Shown in pieces: positions 1-10,833 of a DNA stretch of 12,053 bases. Numbering within the stretch: position 1 is the first letter of the stretch; each line of letters starts with the position of its first letter. The stretch lies in IMG/VR virus record IMGVR_UViG_3300021426_000065, positions 167,173 through 179,225 of that record; one strand, given 5' to 3'. Below the pieces are notes generated by a model. The model did not search any database, was not told the DNA's origin, and saw nothing but the letters and a program-made list of their open reading frames with translations. A program made the position numbers and the translations under genes. This DNA comes from a virus. Its lineage: Duplodnaviria; Heunggongvirae; Uroviricota; Caudoviricetes.

Positions 1-131
1 TAGGCACAGGTTACAGAAGAGATTTATTTATGACGGATTCTAATAATAATCCAATTACTAATGATACTAAAATGGAGATATATACGCCTTCAAAAGAATT
101 AGAAATTGATTGGGAAGGGGAATCTAAATGA
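1..131 (+). CDS. 3' end of an upstream gene, possibly a replicative (DnaB-like) helicase; partial
   Basis: Open frame from position 3: GTGYRRDLFMTDSNNNPITNDTKMEIYTPSKELEIDWEGESK, ending TGA 129-131, which overlaps the primase ATG (ATGA). The helicase call rests only on its position before a primase and a loose resemblance of GTGYRRDLFMTD to phage helicase C-termini. Confidence 0.45.
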   Translation, partial: GTGYRRDLFMTDSNNNPITNDTKMEIYTPSKELEIDWEGESK

Positions 132-1255
132 TAGCTACGCTAGGCGATTTAGATACAGAATTGGATTTAATAGAAATGACTAAAAGAGACATTATGGAAT
201 CTATTACATTAGATGACGTAAAGACTTTTTTAGAAAGTTTGGGAGTTAATCAGATAGCCATGTATCCTGAAAAAGGATATTTAGTATGCCCAACAATTTG
301 TCATAATCCACTTCACGCGGCGGAATCTATGAAATTATATTGGTATCAGAATAATAAGATTTTCCGCTGCTATACTGAATGCAATGAAGCGATGTCCATT
401 TTTACTTTATATAAAAAGTTTATGGACATTAATGAAGATAGAAAAATCTCTGATGACGAAGCAGAGATGTATGTAAAGCATTGCTTAAAACAAATAGTAC
501 ATGTTAATCAGAGAAAAAAATACAAAGATGATTTAGATTTAGAAAAATATAAATATACAAAAAATATTCCTATATTAGATGAATATCCAACGGAAATATT
601 ATCTTACTTTACAAAATACTATCATCCACTATGGTTAAAAGATGGTATTACAAAAGAAGCAATGGATAAGTTTCAAATTAGTTTTTGTATTGGACAAAAT
701 AAAATTGTAATCCCGCATTTTGATATAAATGGCCGTCTAGTTGGTATTCGCGCGCGTTCTATTGAAGAACGTGATATTGAAGAGTATGGAAAATATATGC
801 CGATAAAAATTGGGCCAACAATGTATACACATCAACTTCAATTTAATTTATATGGAATATATGAACACCAGATTGGCATACAATATCGTAGAAGCGCGAT
901 TATCGCAGAAGGAGAAAAATCCGTTTTATTGGATGACGGATATTATGGAGATTTAAGTAATTGTGTTGCTTGCTGCGGTTCTACTTTTAATAAATATCAC
1001 ATTAGTTTATTAACTGATATATTAGGAGCTAATGAGATTATCGTCGCGCTTGACAAAGAATATGAAAATTGCCGCGACGAAAAAGCAAAAAAGTATAAAG
1101 AAAAAATAGTTTCTATGTGTAGAAAATATAAGAATCAAGCGAATTTTTCATACATGTGGGACTTTGATAATGTATTAAAAGAAAAAGATTCCCCGTTTGA
1201 TAGAGGTAAAGATATATTTGAACATTTATATAAAACAAGAGTTAAAGTAAAGTAA
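128..1255 (+). CDS. dnaG: DnaG-like phage DNA primase (N-terminal Zn-binding domain plus TOPRIM domain), 375 aa
   Basis: CPTICH...CYTEC zinc-binding motif; IVIPHFDINGRLVGIRAR primase core motif; TOPRIM IIAEGEKS and IIVALDKE. Purine-rich SD-like GGAAGGGG upstream; ends TAA; no internal TAG. Confidence 0.85.
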   Translation: MIATLGDLDTELDLIEMTKRDIMESITLDDVKTFLESLGVNQIAMYPEKGYLVCPTICHNPLHAAESMKLYWYQNNKIFRCYTECNEAMSIFTLYKKFMDINEDRKISDDEAEMYVKHCLKQIVHVNQRKKYKDDLDLEKYKYTKNIPILDEYPTEILSYFTKYYHPLWLKDGITKEAMDKFQISFCIGQNKIVIPHFDINGRLVGIRARSIEERDIEEYGKYMPIKIGPTMYTHQLQFNLYGIYEHQIGIQYRRSAIIAEGEKSVLLDDGYYGDLSNCVACCGSTFNKYHISLLTDILGANEIIVALDKEYENCRDEKAKKYKEKIVSMCRKYKNQANFSYMWDFDNVLKEKDSPFDRGKDIFEHLYKTRVKVK

Positions 1256-1272
1256 AGGAGAATGAATATGAT

Positions 1273-3045
1273 ATGAAATATAAATTAAGAAATAATTATC
1301 CGGTAAATCCAGCGGAAGCATTACAAGCAATTCTAATTGACCGCGGCGTAAAAGATATAAATAAGTTTTTAAATCCATCTTTTGCATGTGAATTAAATCC
1401 ATATGATTTAGAACATATTGAAGAAGGAGTAGAAATGCTGCTGCGTCATCTTCGCGCGAATAGTAGTATTTTATTCGTAGTAGATGCTGACTGTGATGGA
1501 TTTACAAGCTCTGCAATTTTATGGCTTTATATAAAAAATATTTTCCCACAAGCAGATTTAAATTTTGTTGTCCATGAGCATAAGCAACATGGTTTAAGTG
1601 ATATAATTGATAGTATTGAAGATGACCCGGTTTATAATTTAGTTATTTGCCCAGATAGCGCAAGCTACGATATAAAGGAACATTCAAGATTAGAGCAATT
1701 AGGAATTGATTGCCTGGTTCTTGACCACCACGAACAATTATATGATGATAACGGCAATCCAGTGGTTTCAACCGCGAAGAATACGATTATTATTAATAAT
1801 CAATTGTCTCCAAAATATGAGAATAAGTCTCTATGTGGTGCGGGAGTAGCATATAAATTTTGTGAGGTTTTAGATGATACTCTTGGAGTAGAACTTTCAC
1901 ATAATTATTTAGATTTAACGGCGCTTGGAGAAATTGCCGACGTTATGGATAGAACAACCGCAGAAACAAACTATTTAATGCTTGCTGGACTAGCAAATAT
2001 TCAAAATAAGGGGTTCCAGACTTTACTTGAAGCATAGGCTTACTCCTTAAAAGAAAAAGCGGTATATCCATGGCCCGGTTTAAACCCAATTGATATTGCT
2101 TTTTATATTGCCCCTCTAATTAATGCTATTACGCGCGTAGGTACACGCGCGGAAAAAGAAACAATGTTTTATTGTTTTATTGAACCGGATAGACTAGTAG
2201 CAAGCACGAAACGTGGAGCAAAACTAGGAGACACAGAAACAGCCGCGGAGTAGACCGCGCGAGTAGGAAAAAATGCGAAGTCGCGGCAGGATAAGCTAAA
2301 AGAAAAAGCTATTGATTTAATTGATTTTAAAATTCAAAAAAATGATTTACTTTCTAACAACGTAATTCTTGTAGAATTAGATTCTTCTGATAATATTCAG
2401 CAAGAACTTACTGGCTTAATTGCTATGGCGATTGTTTCTAAATATCATAAACCTGTTATGATTGGCCGCCGCAATAGTCGCGGCGAAGTACAAGGTAGTA
2501 TTCGTAGTGATGGAAACTTTAATGGACTACCAAGTTTCAAAGCATTTCTTGAAAATAGCGGGCTATTAATGTATGCCGCTGGACATGATAATGCTTGTGG
2601 TTGGGGAATTAAAAGTCAAAAAATTGATTCATTAATTGATTATTGTAATAGTCATTTAAATCCAGAAGATTTTGAAAATTGTTATACAGTAGATTATATT
2701 TTAGACGGTAGGCAAGGAAACGCGCAGTTGCTTTATACATTAGCTGAACATCCAGAATACTTTGGTAATCATATAGATGAAATTAAGTTTGTTATTACTG
2801 ATATTGCTCTTGCCAATGTCATGGCCATGGGCACGAATAAAGATAGTATGAAAATCTCATACAATGGCGTTGATTATGTAAGATTCAAAGACGCGGATTT
2901 TGTTGATGAAGTTATGAATAATAGAATGAAAACATTAACTGTGTATGGCCGCGCAAATCTGAATACATTTATGGGAAAAACTTCAATATAGGTTTTTATA
3001 GATGATTATGAATTTAAAACAGACAATAGTAAATATGAATTCTAA
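1273..3045 (+). CDS. recJ: RecJ-like single-stranded DNA exonuclease (DHH/DHHA1), 590 aa with TAG read as Gln
   Basis: Motifs DADCDG, LDHH, SLCGAGVAYK, LGEIADVM, FYIAPLINAITRVG, GSIRS, AAGHDNACG all lie in one frame. In-frame TAG at 2035, 2251 and 2989; the PLINA motif falls in the gap between the two standard-code ORFs. Ends TSI(Q)VFIDDYEFKTDNSKYEF-TAA. AAGGAG at 1255-1260. Confidence 0.92.
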
Positions 3046-3160
3046 AAAATGCTGTGATAATTGTATTTATTACAGTTGGTATTATGATTACTGTAAATTA
3101 TGGGATGTTGAAATAGATTCACGATATATATGTAATAATTATAAGGAGCGAGAAAAATGA
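3035..3160 (+). CDS. Small Cys-rich hypothetical protein, 41 aa
   Basis: MNSKKCCDNCIYYSWYYDYCKLWDVEIDSRYICNNYKEREK. Overlaps the recJ end by 11 nt and its TGA overlaps the next ATG (ATGA). Cys pattern CxxC-x9-C-x12-C. No clear SD site. Confidence 0.6.
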   Translation: MNSKKCCDNCIYYSWYYDYCKLWDVEIDSRYICNNYKEREK

Positions 3161-3369
3161 TTTGCACTGATTGTATATTCGCTTATACTGACCCGAATGA
3201 TGATGAAGATGTTTATAGTTGCCCATTCTCTTTTCAGTATGCGTTCCATAGTAATGAAAAATGTCATTATCCGAAAATGTATGCTGGAATGATAAGAAAA
3301 TTAAGGCCAAAATTAAATCTATATAAGCATATACGAACTGCGATAGTGGAAACACTTGACGAAGATTAA
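3157..3369 (+). CDS. Small Cys-rich hypothetical protein, 70 aa
   Basis: AAGGAG SD at 3143-3148, 8 nt before the ATG. CTDC...C...C pattern; ends TAA. Confidence 0.75.
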   Translation: MICTDCIFAYTDPNDDEDVYSCPFSFQYAFHSNEKCHYPKMYAGMIRKLRPKLNLYKHIRTAIVETLDED

Positions 3370-3384
3370 AAATTATGCTATAAT
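3356..3384 (+). promoter_or_regulatory. Consensus sigma-70/sigma-A promoter with extended -10, upstream of dnaE
   Basis: TTGACG (3356-3361), 17-nt spacer, TG at 3376-3377, TATAAT (3379-3384). SD GAGGTG at 3404-3409 precedes the GTG start at 3415. Confidence 0.85.
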
Positions 3385-3414
3385 AATTACAGAATAATAG
3401 AAAGAGGTGGTTGT

Positions 3415-6400
3415 GTGAGTTTATACCCTGGTTCTTTGCATAATCACACCGATTATAGCAATGAGACACTTCGTGATTGTATAAATAAAGTAAATGCCCT
3501 AATTGATACAGCAATTCAATTAGGGCATGAATGCGTTGCAATTACAGACCATGAGACAATTTCAAGTTATATTAAAGCAGAAAAATATTATAAGAAAATT
3601 AAAGAACAGCATCCAGATTTTAAATTAATTCGCGGCAATGAGATTTATCTAACACGAAATGATTTAAACGCGAAAAACTTTGATAAAACCCGCGATAGAT
3701 ATTTTCACTTTATTCTTTTATGTAAAGATTTAGAAGGTTATCATCAAATTTGTGAATTATCTACAAGGGCATGGAAGCGGTCATATATTAGTCGTAGGTT
3801 GCGGCGGCGTCCAACTTATTATAGAGACTTAAAAGAAATAGTAGGAAAAAATCCGGGACATTTGATTGCTTCAAGTGCTTGCTTAGGTTCGTAGCTAGAT
3901 AGATTTTTACTTCAATATATGGATACCAATGATATTAATTTTTATGAAACAGCAAAGAATTGGTGTTTATATATTCAAAATATTTTTGGTGCTGGAAATT
4001 TTTATTTAGAGATGCAGCCTTCAAATGGGAAAGAACAGGTATTCGTAAACAAACAGTTATTAAAAATTAGTGAAGAATTAAATATTCCATATATTATCAC
4101 AACTGATAGTCATTATCTACGACCAGAAGATGCGTTTATTCATGAAACATTTTTAAATGCACAAGATGGTGAGCGTGAAGTTAAAAGTTTTTATGAAACA
4201 ACTTATATGATGACGGATGAAGAGATTCGTTCATTTTTCCCATATTTAACAGAAGAACAAATTGAGGCCGCGTATAAAACTATTAGAGAAATAAAAGATA
4301 AATGTGAAGATTTTAGTATTTTAAAGCCATTGGAAATTCCTCAACTTCCATGGAGAAAATTTAAGCGGCGGCAACCAGACGAAGTTTTTGCTTTTACAAG
4401 ACTAATGCCAGCATTAGAAAAATTTGTTAAATCTCAATATTATGCCGATAATCAATTAGCATTGGCGCTTATTGAAGGTATTCACGAGCATGAAGATTTA
4501 CAAAATCAAGCGGCATATGATGCTCTTAATGAGTGTCTAGAAATGACCTGGATTTCAAGTGAAGTAAATAAAGCGCAGTGGTCTGCATATTTCTTAAATC
4601 TTCAAAAGATTATAGATGAATGTTGGAACGCGGGAACATTAGTTATGCCCGCACGTGGCTCTGGTGGCGGTTTCTTACTTTTATATGCGTTAGATATTAT
4701 TCAAATTAATTGTCTGCGCGAAAAAACGCCCACGTTCCCATGGAGGTTCTTGAATCCAGCGCGTGTTAGCGTCCTTGATATTGACGTTGATATTTCTGGT
4801 ATTAAACGCGCACAAGTATTGGAACATTTAAGAGATTTCTACGGAGAAAACCGAGTATCAAATGTTGCGACTTTTAAGTTAGAGAAATCAAAATCTGCGA
4901 TATTAACCGCATGCCGCGGTCTTGGTATTGATGTAGATAATGCACAGTATGTTTCTTCATTAATTGGCGCGGAGCGTGGACAACTATATACATTGAAACA
5001 AATGTATTATGGTGATGAAGAAAATGGTCTTCAACCGAATCAGATGTTTATTAATGAAGTAAATAAATATCCAAAATTGTGGGAAGTTGCAAATCGTATC
5101 GAAGGATTGATTTGCGGAATGGGTATTCACGCGGGTGGTGTTGTATTTAAAGATAAAGATTTTACAGAATCTTCTGCCTTAATGCGTGCGCCCGATGGAA
5201 CAATCGTAACTCAATTTGAGCTTCATGATTTGGAAGATGTTTCAGAAATTAAGATGGATTTACTTTCAGTTGAAGCCGCGGATAAAATTCAAGTTTGCTT
5301 GGAAATGTTAGTTAAAGATGGTTATATTAAAGAATATCCAACTTTAAGAGAAACATATGAACATGCATTAAATGTATATCAACTTGAACGCGAAGATCCT
5401 AAAATGTGGGATATGGTACATGACCACAAAATTATTTCACTATTCCAGATGGAAAAAGATAGCGGTATACGCGGTATTGGATTAACAAATCCACGTAATG
5501 TAGATGACCTTGCAACCTTAAACTCCGTTATTCGTCTAATGGCTGCGGAGAAAGGCGCAGAATCACCACTTGATAAGTATGCGCGATTCCGTGAACATCC
5601 TTGGATGTGGGATAAAGAAATGCGCGAATATGGATTGACAGAAGAGCAAATGAAATTAATGCATAAAGAACTTGATATTTCAAATGGTCTTTCTATTACA
5701 CAGGAACAATTTATGAAACTGGTTCAGTTACCAGAATGTGGCGGCTGGGACTTACAATTCGCAGATAAGTTAAGAAAAAGTATTGCAAAAAAGAATCCAA
5801 AAGAATACGAAGAATTAACTGAAAAGTTTTTTAAAGGCATTAAAGAAAAAGGATGCGATGAGCGTTTTTGCCATTATGTATGGGATGTTCAGATTGCATT
5901 AAGCCGCGGCTATGGCTTCAATGCGAGTCACACGCTTGCTTATTCTATAATTGCGCTTCAAGAAATGAATCTAGCATATAAGTATCCAATCGTATATTGG
6001 AACACAGCTAATCTTATCGTAGATAGTGGCGGTGTGCAAACTGTCAATTTTGAAGATGATAATGATGAAGCAATGATTGAAGTAGAATTGGCGCCGGATG
6101 ATGACGCGGTTGATACCACGGCGGAAGATGATGATGAAGAATTAGAAGAGTGGGAAGAGGCAAATAAAGACATTACAACGAATGAAGAAGATAAGAAAAA
6201 GAAAAAGCAAAAGAATATAGATTATGGACGTATCGCGTCTATAATTGGTAAATTAGGTGGATACGGGATTCAAGTTTCACCGCCAGATATTAATAAATCT
6301 TCTTATACATTTACTCCAATCGCGGAAACAAACACAATCCTATACGGACTACGCGGCATCGCACGCATATCCGGAGAAAAAATTACTGAAATTATGGAAC

Positions 6401-7401
6401 AGCGCCCATACTTATCTTTAAGGGACTTTTTAGAAAAGAATAAATTAAATATTATACAGATTGTAAATTTGATTAAATCTGGGGCATTTGATGAAATTGA
6501 AAAAATGCCGCGAGAAGAAATAATGCGGAAGTTTCTTGAATCAACTATTGATAAAAAGGTAGATTTGAATTTAAGAAATATGCAGGCATTGATTACAAAA
6601 GATTTAATTCCAGAAGATATGGTGTTTTATAAGAAGTTATTCTTGTTTAATAAGTTCTTAAAAGATAATAAAGATGGTATTTATTATAGATTAAATGATG
6701 CGGCAATTAATTATATTACAAAGAATTTTGACGCAGATTTAATTGAAAATGGTATGCAGATTTCTCAAAAGGTTTGGGATAACATTTATAAGAAAGCAAT
6801 GGACCCAATGAGAGAATATATAAAAACGCATAAACAAGAAATGCTACAAAAATTAAATGACACGATTTATAATGAAGCCGCGGAAAAATATAGCGGTGGT
6901 AATATAAGTAAATGGGAAATGGATAGTATTAGTTTTTATTATCATGAGCATGAGCTTGCCACTGTGGCCTCACAGTATGATGATTTCTTTACTTTACCAG
7001 AAGAACCAGAAATTGAATATAGTTTTACTGGTACAAATGGACAAGAAATTAGAGTATATACTTTACATAAGATTATTGGTACAGTAATTGATAAAGATAA
7101 ATTACATAATACAGTAACGTTATTAACTCCAACCGGTGTTGTAACTGTTAAAGTATATAAGAATCAGTTTGCGATATATGATAAACAGTTATCGCAACGT
7201 GGTGAAGATGGCAAGAAACACGTTATTGAGAAGAGCTGGTTTAGTCGTGGCACCAAGTTAATGGTACAAGGAATTAGAAGAGAAAATAACTTCATTCCTA
7301 AAAAACGAAAGAACTCAGTATTCCCGGTTATTGCAAAAATTACATCAATAAATGATGATAATTTAACATTCCAGTTTGAACGTGCGGAGGTAGATGAATA
7401 A
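3415..7401 (+). CDS. dnaE: DNA polymerase III alpha subunit (DnaE-type, family C), 1328 aa with one TAG read as Gln
   Basis: PHP motifs HNHTDYS, AITDH, GNEIY, HFILL, SSACLGS(Q)L, TTDSHY; polymerase motifs ARGSGGG, LDIDVD, HAGGV, KMDLL, FQME, GYGFNASHTLAYS; C-terminal OB fold. The single in-frame TAG at 3892-3894 joins ORFs 3415-3894 and 3919-7401. GTG start with SD; ends TAA. Confidence 0.95.
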
Positions 7402-8480
7402 TGATTGGACTTGTTGATTATGATTTCTATTCCGCCTCTGCTATAACAAAATTAATTCCTAACATAGAAATAATGAAGCTTGCAACATACTATAAGGCGG
7501 AAAGAAATATTTTCTGCCGCCTTATAGATTTAAATGAAACGGAATTAACAAATTATGATAAGATATATTTTTTCAGTGAAAGTGAGCGGCCAATTCAAGT
7601 TCCTGACGCATTTAAAAAAACAACAAATATAATTTTTGGTGGCACCAATTTTACTAAAAATTATATTCCATTTGAAGACCAAATTATTGATTATACAATT
7701 CCGCGGCCAGCAATATACAAAGAAATACTTAAAAAGAAATATCAAGAAGGAATTAAATCACATGTAATTACGCATATATTGGACGATAGTTATTATAGGA
7801 TGTTCGCAGGCGACAAGGTATTGCCAATTCCGCCAGTAAAAACAAAAAAGCGTATTTTTATATTTGATAAAGATATATTTCATCCTGGATGGGAAGATGT
7901 TCTTAATAAAGTCGCAGAACGTAATCCAGCAAAAATCTTAACTATTCATCCCGCGCGATGTAAGACCTTAACATAGTATTTTACTTTACGTGGAATTGAA
8001 AAAATGGGTCGCGCGAATGAAATCATTCTTGACTTGGATATTCCACTTGATGAAGTACATTATATGTTAAAAAATTATAAAAATAAATTTTTAGCTGATA
8101 TTACAGAATCTTCTAATGTGTCTATTACGCTTGGTGGTGATTTTAGATATTCAAAGTTTTATTTAGAAGATTTTATATATAAAATGAATATATTATTTTC
8201 TTTTTGGGCTTGCAAAATCCCATTGAAAATTAAATATGAATAGCCATCACTTGGTTATGTAGACCCATTATTCCATCTTTCTAAATTGGTAGAAGGGTGG
8301 ACAAAAGGGCCATCAAAAAAAAATAAATCTTTGGCCGAGCGAACTCTTGTTTAGCAAAGCGGCAAAATCGGACCGGCGCGAGAAGCACGCAATTTATTAC
8401 AAGAAAAATACCCCGCAGCAAAAGATTTATTTAATCATAATTTTACAACACTATCTGCTAAGGGGGTTTGGAGAATATGA
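7401..8480 (+). CDS. Hypothetical protein, 359 aa (TAG=Gln); N-terminus resembles phage radical-SAM/Fe-S oxidoreductase-like proteins but lacks CxxxCxxC
   Basis: One frame from ATG 7401 (TAATG overlap with the dnaE stop, GGAGG SD) through TAG 7974, 8241 and 8352 to TGA 8478-8480, which overlaps the next ATG. IGLVDYD...PNIEIMKLATYYK...YDKIY...GGTN matches my recollection of the IGLIDVD...PNLALMK(L/I)S phage family. The CDS is solid; the family call is tentative. Confidence 0.75.
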
Positions 8481-8692
8481 TAGAAGAAATTATTGCAGAA
8501 AAAGAGCGATTGGATAAAGAATTAAAAATCGCCCTTGCAACTATGGAAAAGAAAAGTACAATAAAAGAAATCCAAGCAAAAATGCGTGTGAATTAGAGCA
8601 GATGCCCGCATTTTGATGCTAGATATAATTTCGTATGGGTTGATGATACTTGCCCATATTGTGGGAAAAAACATGTTGGGAGGCCAGAATAA
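8477..8692 (+). CDS. Small protein with an N-terminal helix and a C-terminal zinc ribbon, 71 aa (TAG=Gln)
   Basis: MIEEIIAEKERLDKELKIALATMEKKSTIKEIQAKMRVN(Q)SRCPHFDARYNFVWVDDTCPYCGKKHVGRPE. TAG at 8594; CPH...CPYCG. ATGA overlap upstream; its TAA directly abuts the next ATG. Confidence 0.8.
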
Positions 8693-8905
8693 ATGATAGT
8701 AAAACTATATACATTACCGAACTGCGGAATATGCCATATGGTAAAAACTAAATTGTAGAATAAAAATATTTTATTTGAAGAACATGACTTCCAAGAAATT
8801 GCTGACGTTATCCATTCTGATCACGCCCCAGCGCTTGAAGTTGAAAATAATATTTATAATAGTCCAACTGAAATAGTGCAATGGATTAATAATTACGAGG
8901 AGTGA
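8693..8905 (+). CDS. nrdH: NrdH/glutaredoxin-like redoxin, 70 aa (TAG=Gln)
   Basis: MIVKLYTLPNCGICHMVKTKL(Q)NKNILFEEHDFQEIADVIHSDHAPALEVENNIYNSPTEIVQWINNYEE. CxxC after beta-1 (LYTLPNCGIC), a cis-Pro-type AP motif and glutaredoxin size. TAG at 8756; GGGAGG SD. Missed by the ORF track. Confidence 0.88.
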
Positions 8906-8910
8906 TTTTA

Positions 8911-10833
8911 ATGGATATTAAAGTTAGATTAAGTAAAAATTTCTAGACTTTATATAATAGATTAAGTGAAAAATACGGCGAAGAAATGGCCTATCTAAAT
9001 GGCTTTGGAGATAAACAATTATCTTATACTGATTTTATAGATAATTTTATAGATAAAGATACTGTCGCGGATGCTTCTGTTGATGGTAATTCAAATGTCG
9101 GCAATAAAGATATGCGTACTTTAATGAATGAGATGCCTAAGCCACATCGGAAACTATTAGCTTTTAATAAAATTTATTATGAAATGAATAAGCGTTATGG
9201 CTTTAAGGACGCAAATGATTGGCTAGAAAAAGAATGGACGAAAGCGCTATACATGCATGATGCTGATACAAGCACTTATGTACATTATTGCTTTGCTTAT
9301 GATTTAAAAGATGTCGCAGAAAAAGGACTATTCTTTTTAAACAATTTTAATGCAGAGCCTCCACGGCATTTAAGCACATTTGTTGATTTTGTAAAAGAAT
9401 TTATTAGTTTCGCGGCAAATCGTAGTTCCGGTGCAGTAGGACTTCCAAATATTATTCCTTATATGTATTATTTCTGGAAGAAAGATTGCGACACTGGATA
9501 TGCAACTAAATCTCCCGAGTATTATGCTAGACAGCAAATTCAGCGATTTGTATATGCTGTTAATTAGCCTTACGTGCGAGATGGAATGCAATCGGCCTTT
9601 ACAAATTGCTCTGTTTTTGACATGGCTTATCTTGAAGCATTATTCGGAGGAGCACAGTTCCCTGACGGGTCTTTCATGATTGATAGTCTTAAAGAAATTC
9701 AAGATTTCCAAAAGGTATTTATGGAAACAATCGCCGAAATTCGTCAACATAATATGTTTACTTTCCCCGTATTAACGATTAGCTTACTTCGTAAAGATGG
9801 AAAATTTAAAGATGAAGAATTCGCGCGCTGGGGCATTGAACATAATAGGAAATGGAGCGATTCAAACTTATTTATTGATGATAGTGTTAATTCATTGAGT
9901 AATTGTTGCCGCTTAAAGAGTAATATTGAAGATTTAGGTTATTTTAATAGTATCGGTGGCACAGCATTAAAAGTTGGTTCTGTTAAAGTATCCACTGTAA
10001 ATTTGGCTAGGCTCGCACTTGAATATCCAGGAGATGAGGATTTGTATCTCGCGGCTTTACATGATTTAGTTGAACTTGATTGTAAGGTGTTAGATTGCGT
10101 GCGCCATATTATTAAACGCAATGTAGAAAAAGGATTGCTACCAAATTTCTCCAAGGGTATTGTAGATTTTGAACATTTATATAATACAGTGGGTATTATT
10201 GGTATTTATGAAACAATGAAAACATTTGGCTACACGCGCGAAGACGAACTTGGCAACGTATATTATACAGAAAAAGCTGATGCTTTCGGCAAGCGCATTT
10301 TTGAGATGCTGCATGCTACAAAAGATAACTTTGCTATTGATAAAGATTATAAGATTAATGTGGAGCAAATTCCAGGTGAATCCGCCGCGGCAAAAATGCA
10401 ATTAGCAGATGAATTCTTTTATCCAGACACGGTTGTAAAAGATTTGCCACTATATGGGAATCAATTCATTCCACTTGGTATTAAAACCACTATGATTGAG
10501 CGCATTCGTATTGCTTCTCTGTTTGATTCATATTGTAATGGTGGTTCTATCGCTCACCTAAACATTGATGCTCCATTTGATAGTTTTGAAAAAGCGTGGA
10601 ACGCTGTTAATTATATTGCCGACCAGGGTTTAACTTATTTTGCCTTTAATACAAAAATTCAAGCTTGTGAAAAAAACCATGCTTTCTATGGTAAGAAATG
10701 CCCCATTTGTGGCGGCGATGTCGCGACTGAATATACACGTATCGTAGGTTTTTATACGCCTATTAAAACTTGGTCCAAAGAAAGAAAGGCCGAATTTAAA
10801 ATGAGGCAATGGGAGAAAATTAATGAAACTTAA
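8911..10833 (+). CDS. nrdD: Anaerobic (class III) ribonucleoside-triphosphate reductase, 640 aa (TAG=Gln)
   Basis: GAGGAG SD 8 nt before ATG 8911. TAG at 8944 and 9565, the second inside YAVN(Q)PYVRDGMQSAFTN. Motifs HYCFAY, SSGAVG, FTFPVLT, SNCCRL, IPGES, Zn site CEKNH...CPICG and glycyl-radical TRIVGF. Ends TAA. Confidence 0.95.

Noticed and set aside
1255-1276. Mini-ORF (ATG 1262/1268 to TGA 1274-1276) overlapping the recJ start as a coupling device
   Set aside because: The SD spacing suits ATG 1268, but 2-4 codon ORFs arise easily by chance in ATG/ATA-rich sequence; no further support.
3119-3541. Minus-strand 140-aa ORF
   Set aside because: Antisense to two SD-supported ORFs, a promoter and the dnaE start; no recognisable motifs.
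5958-6173. Minus-strand Ser-rich 71-aa ORF
   Set aside because: Mirror of the GAT/GAA-rich acidic insertion in dnaE; a compositional shadow.
7545-7745. Minus-strand 66-aa ORF
   Set aside because: Shadow of the 7401-8480 gene; no SD or motif support.
8315-8323. A9 run as a programmed frameshift or phase-variation site
   Set aside because: The current frame is open and ends with an ATGA overlap on the next gene; poly-A Lys codon runs are common in this AT-rich DNA.
9370-10401. Three minus-strand ORFs (9370-9591, 9939-10154, 10177-10401)
   Set aside because: All are antisense to conserved nrdD sequence and lack independent support.
1273-10833. Reading recJ, dnaE and nrdD as pseudogenes or naturally split genes
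   Set aside because: Every interruption is TAG, always in frame, with conserved motifs in the gaps and all catalytic residues intact. Decay would also give TAA, TGA and frameshifts.
3415-10833. Inteins, introns or homing endonucleases in dnaE or nrdD
   Set aside because: No C/S...HN-C/S/T splice junctions or LAGLIDADG/HNH motifs, reading frames are continuous and lengths are ordinary.
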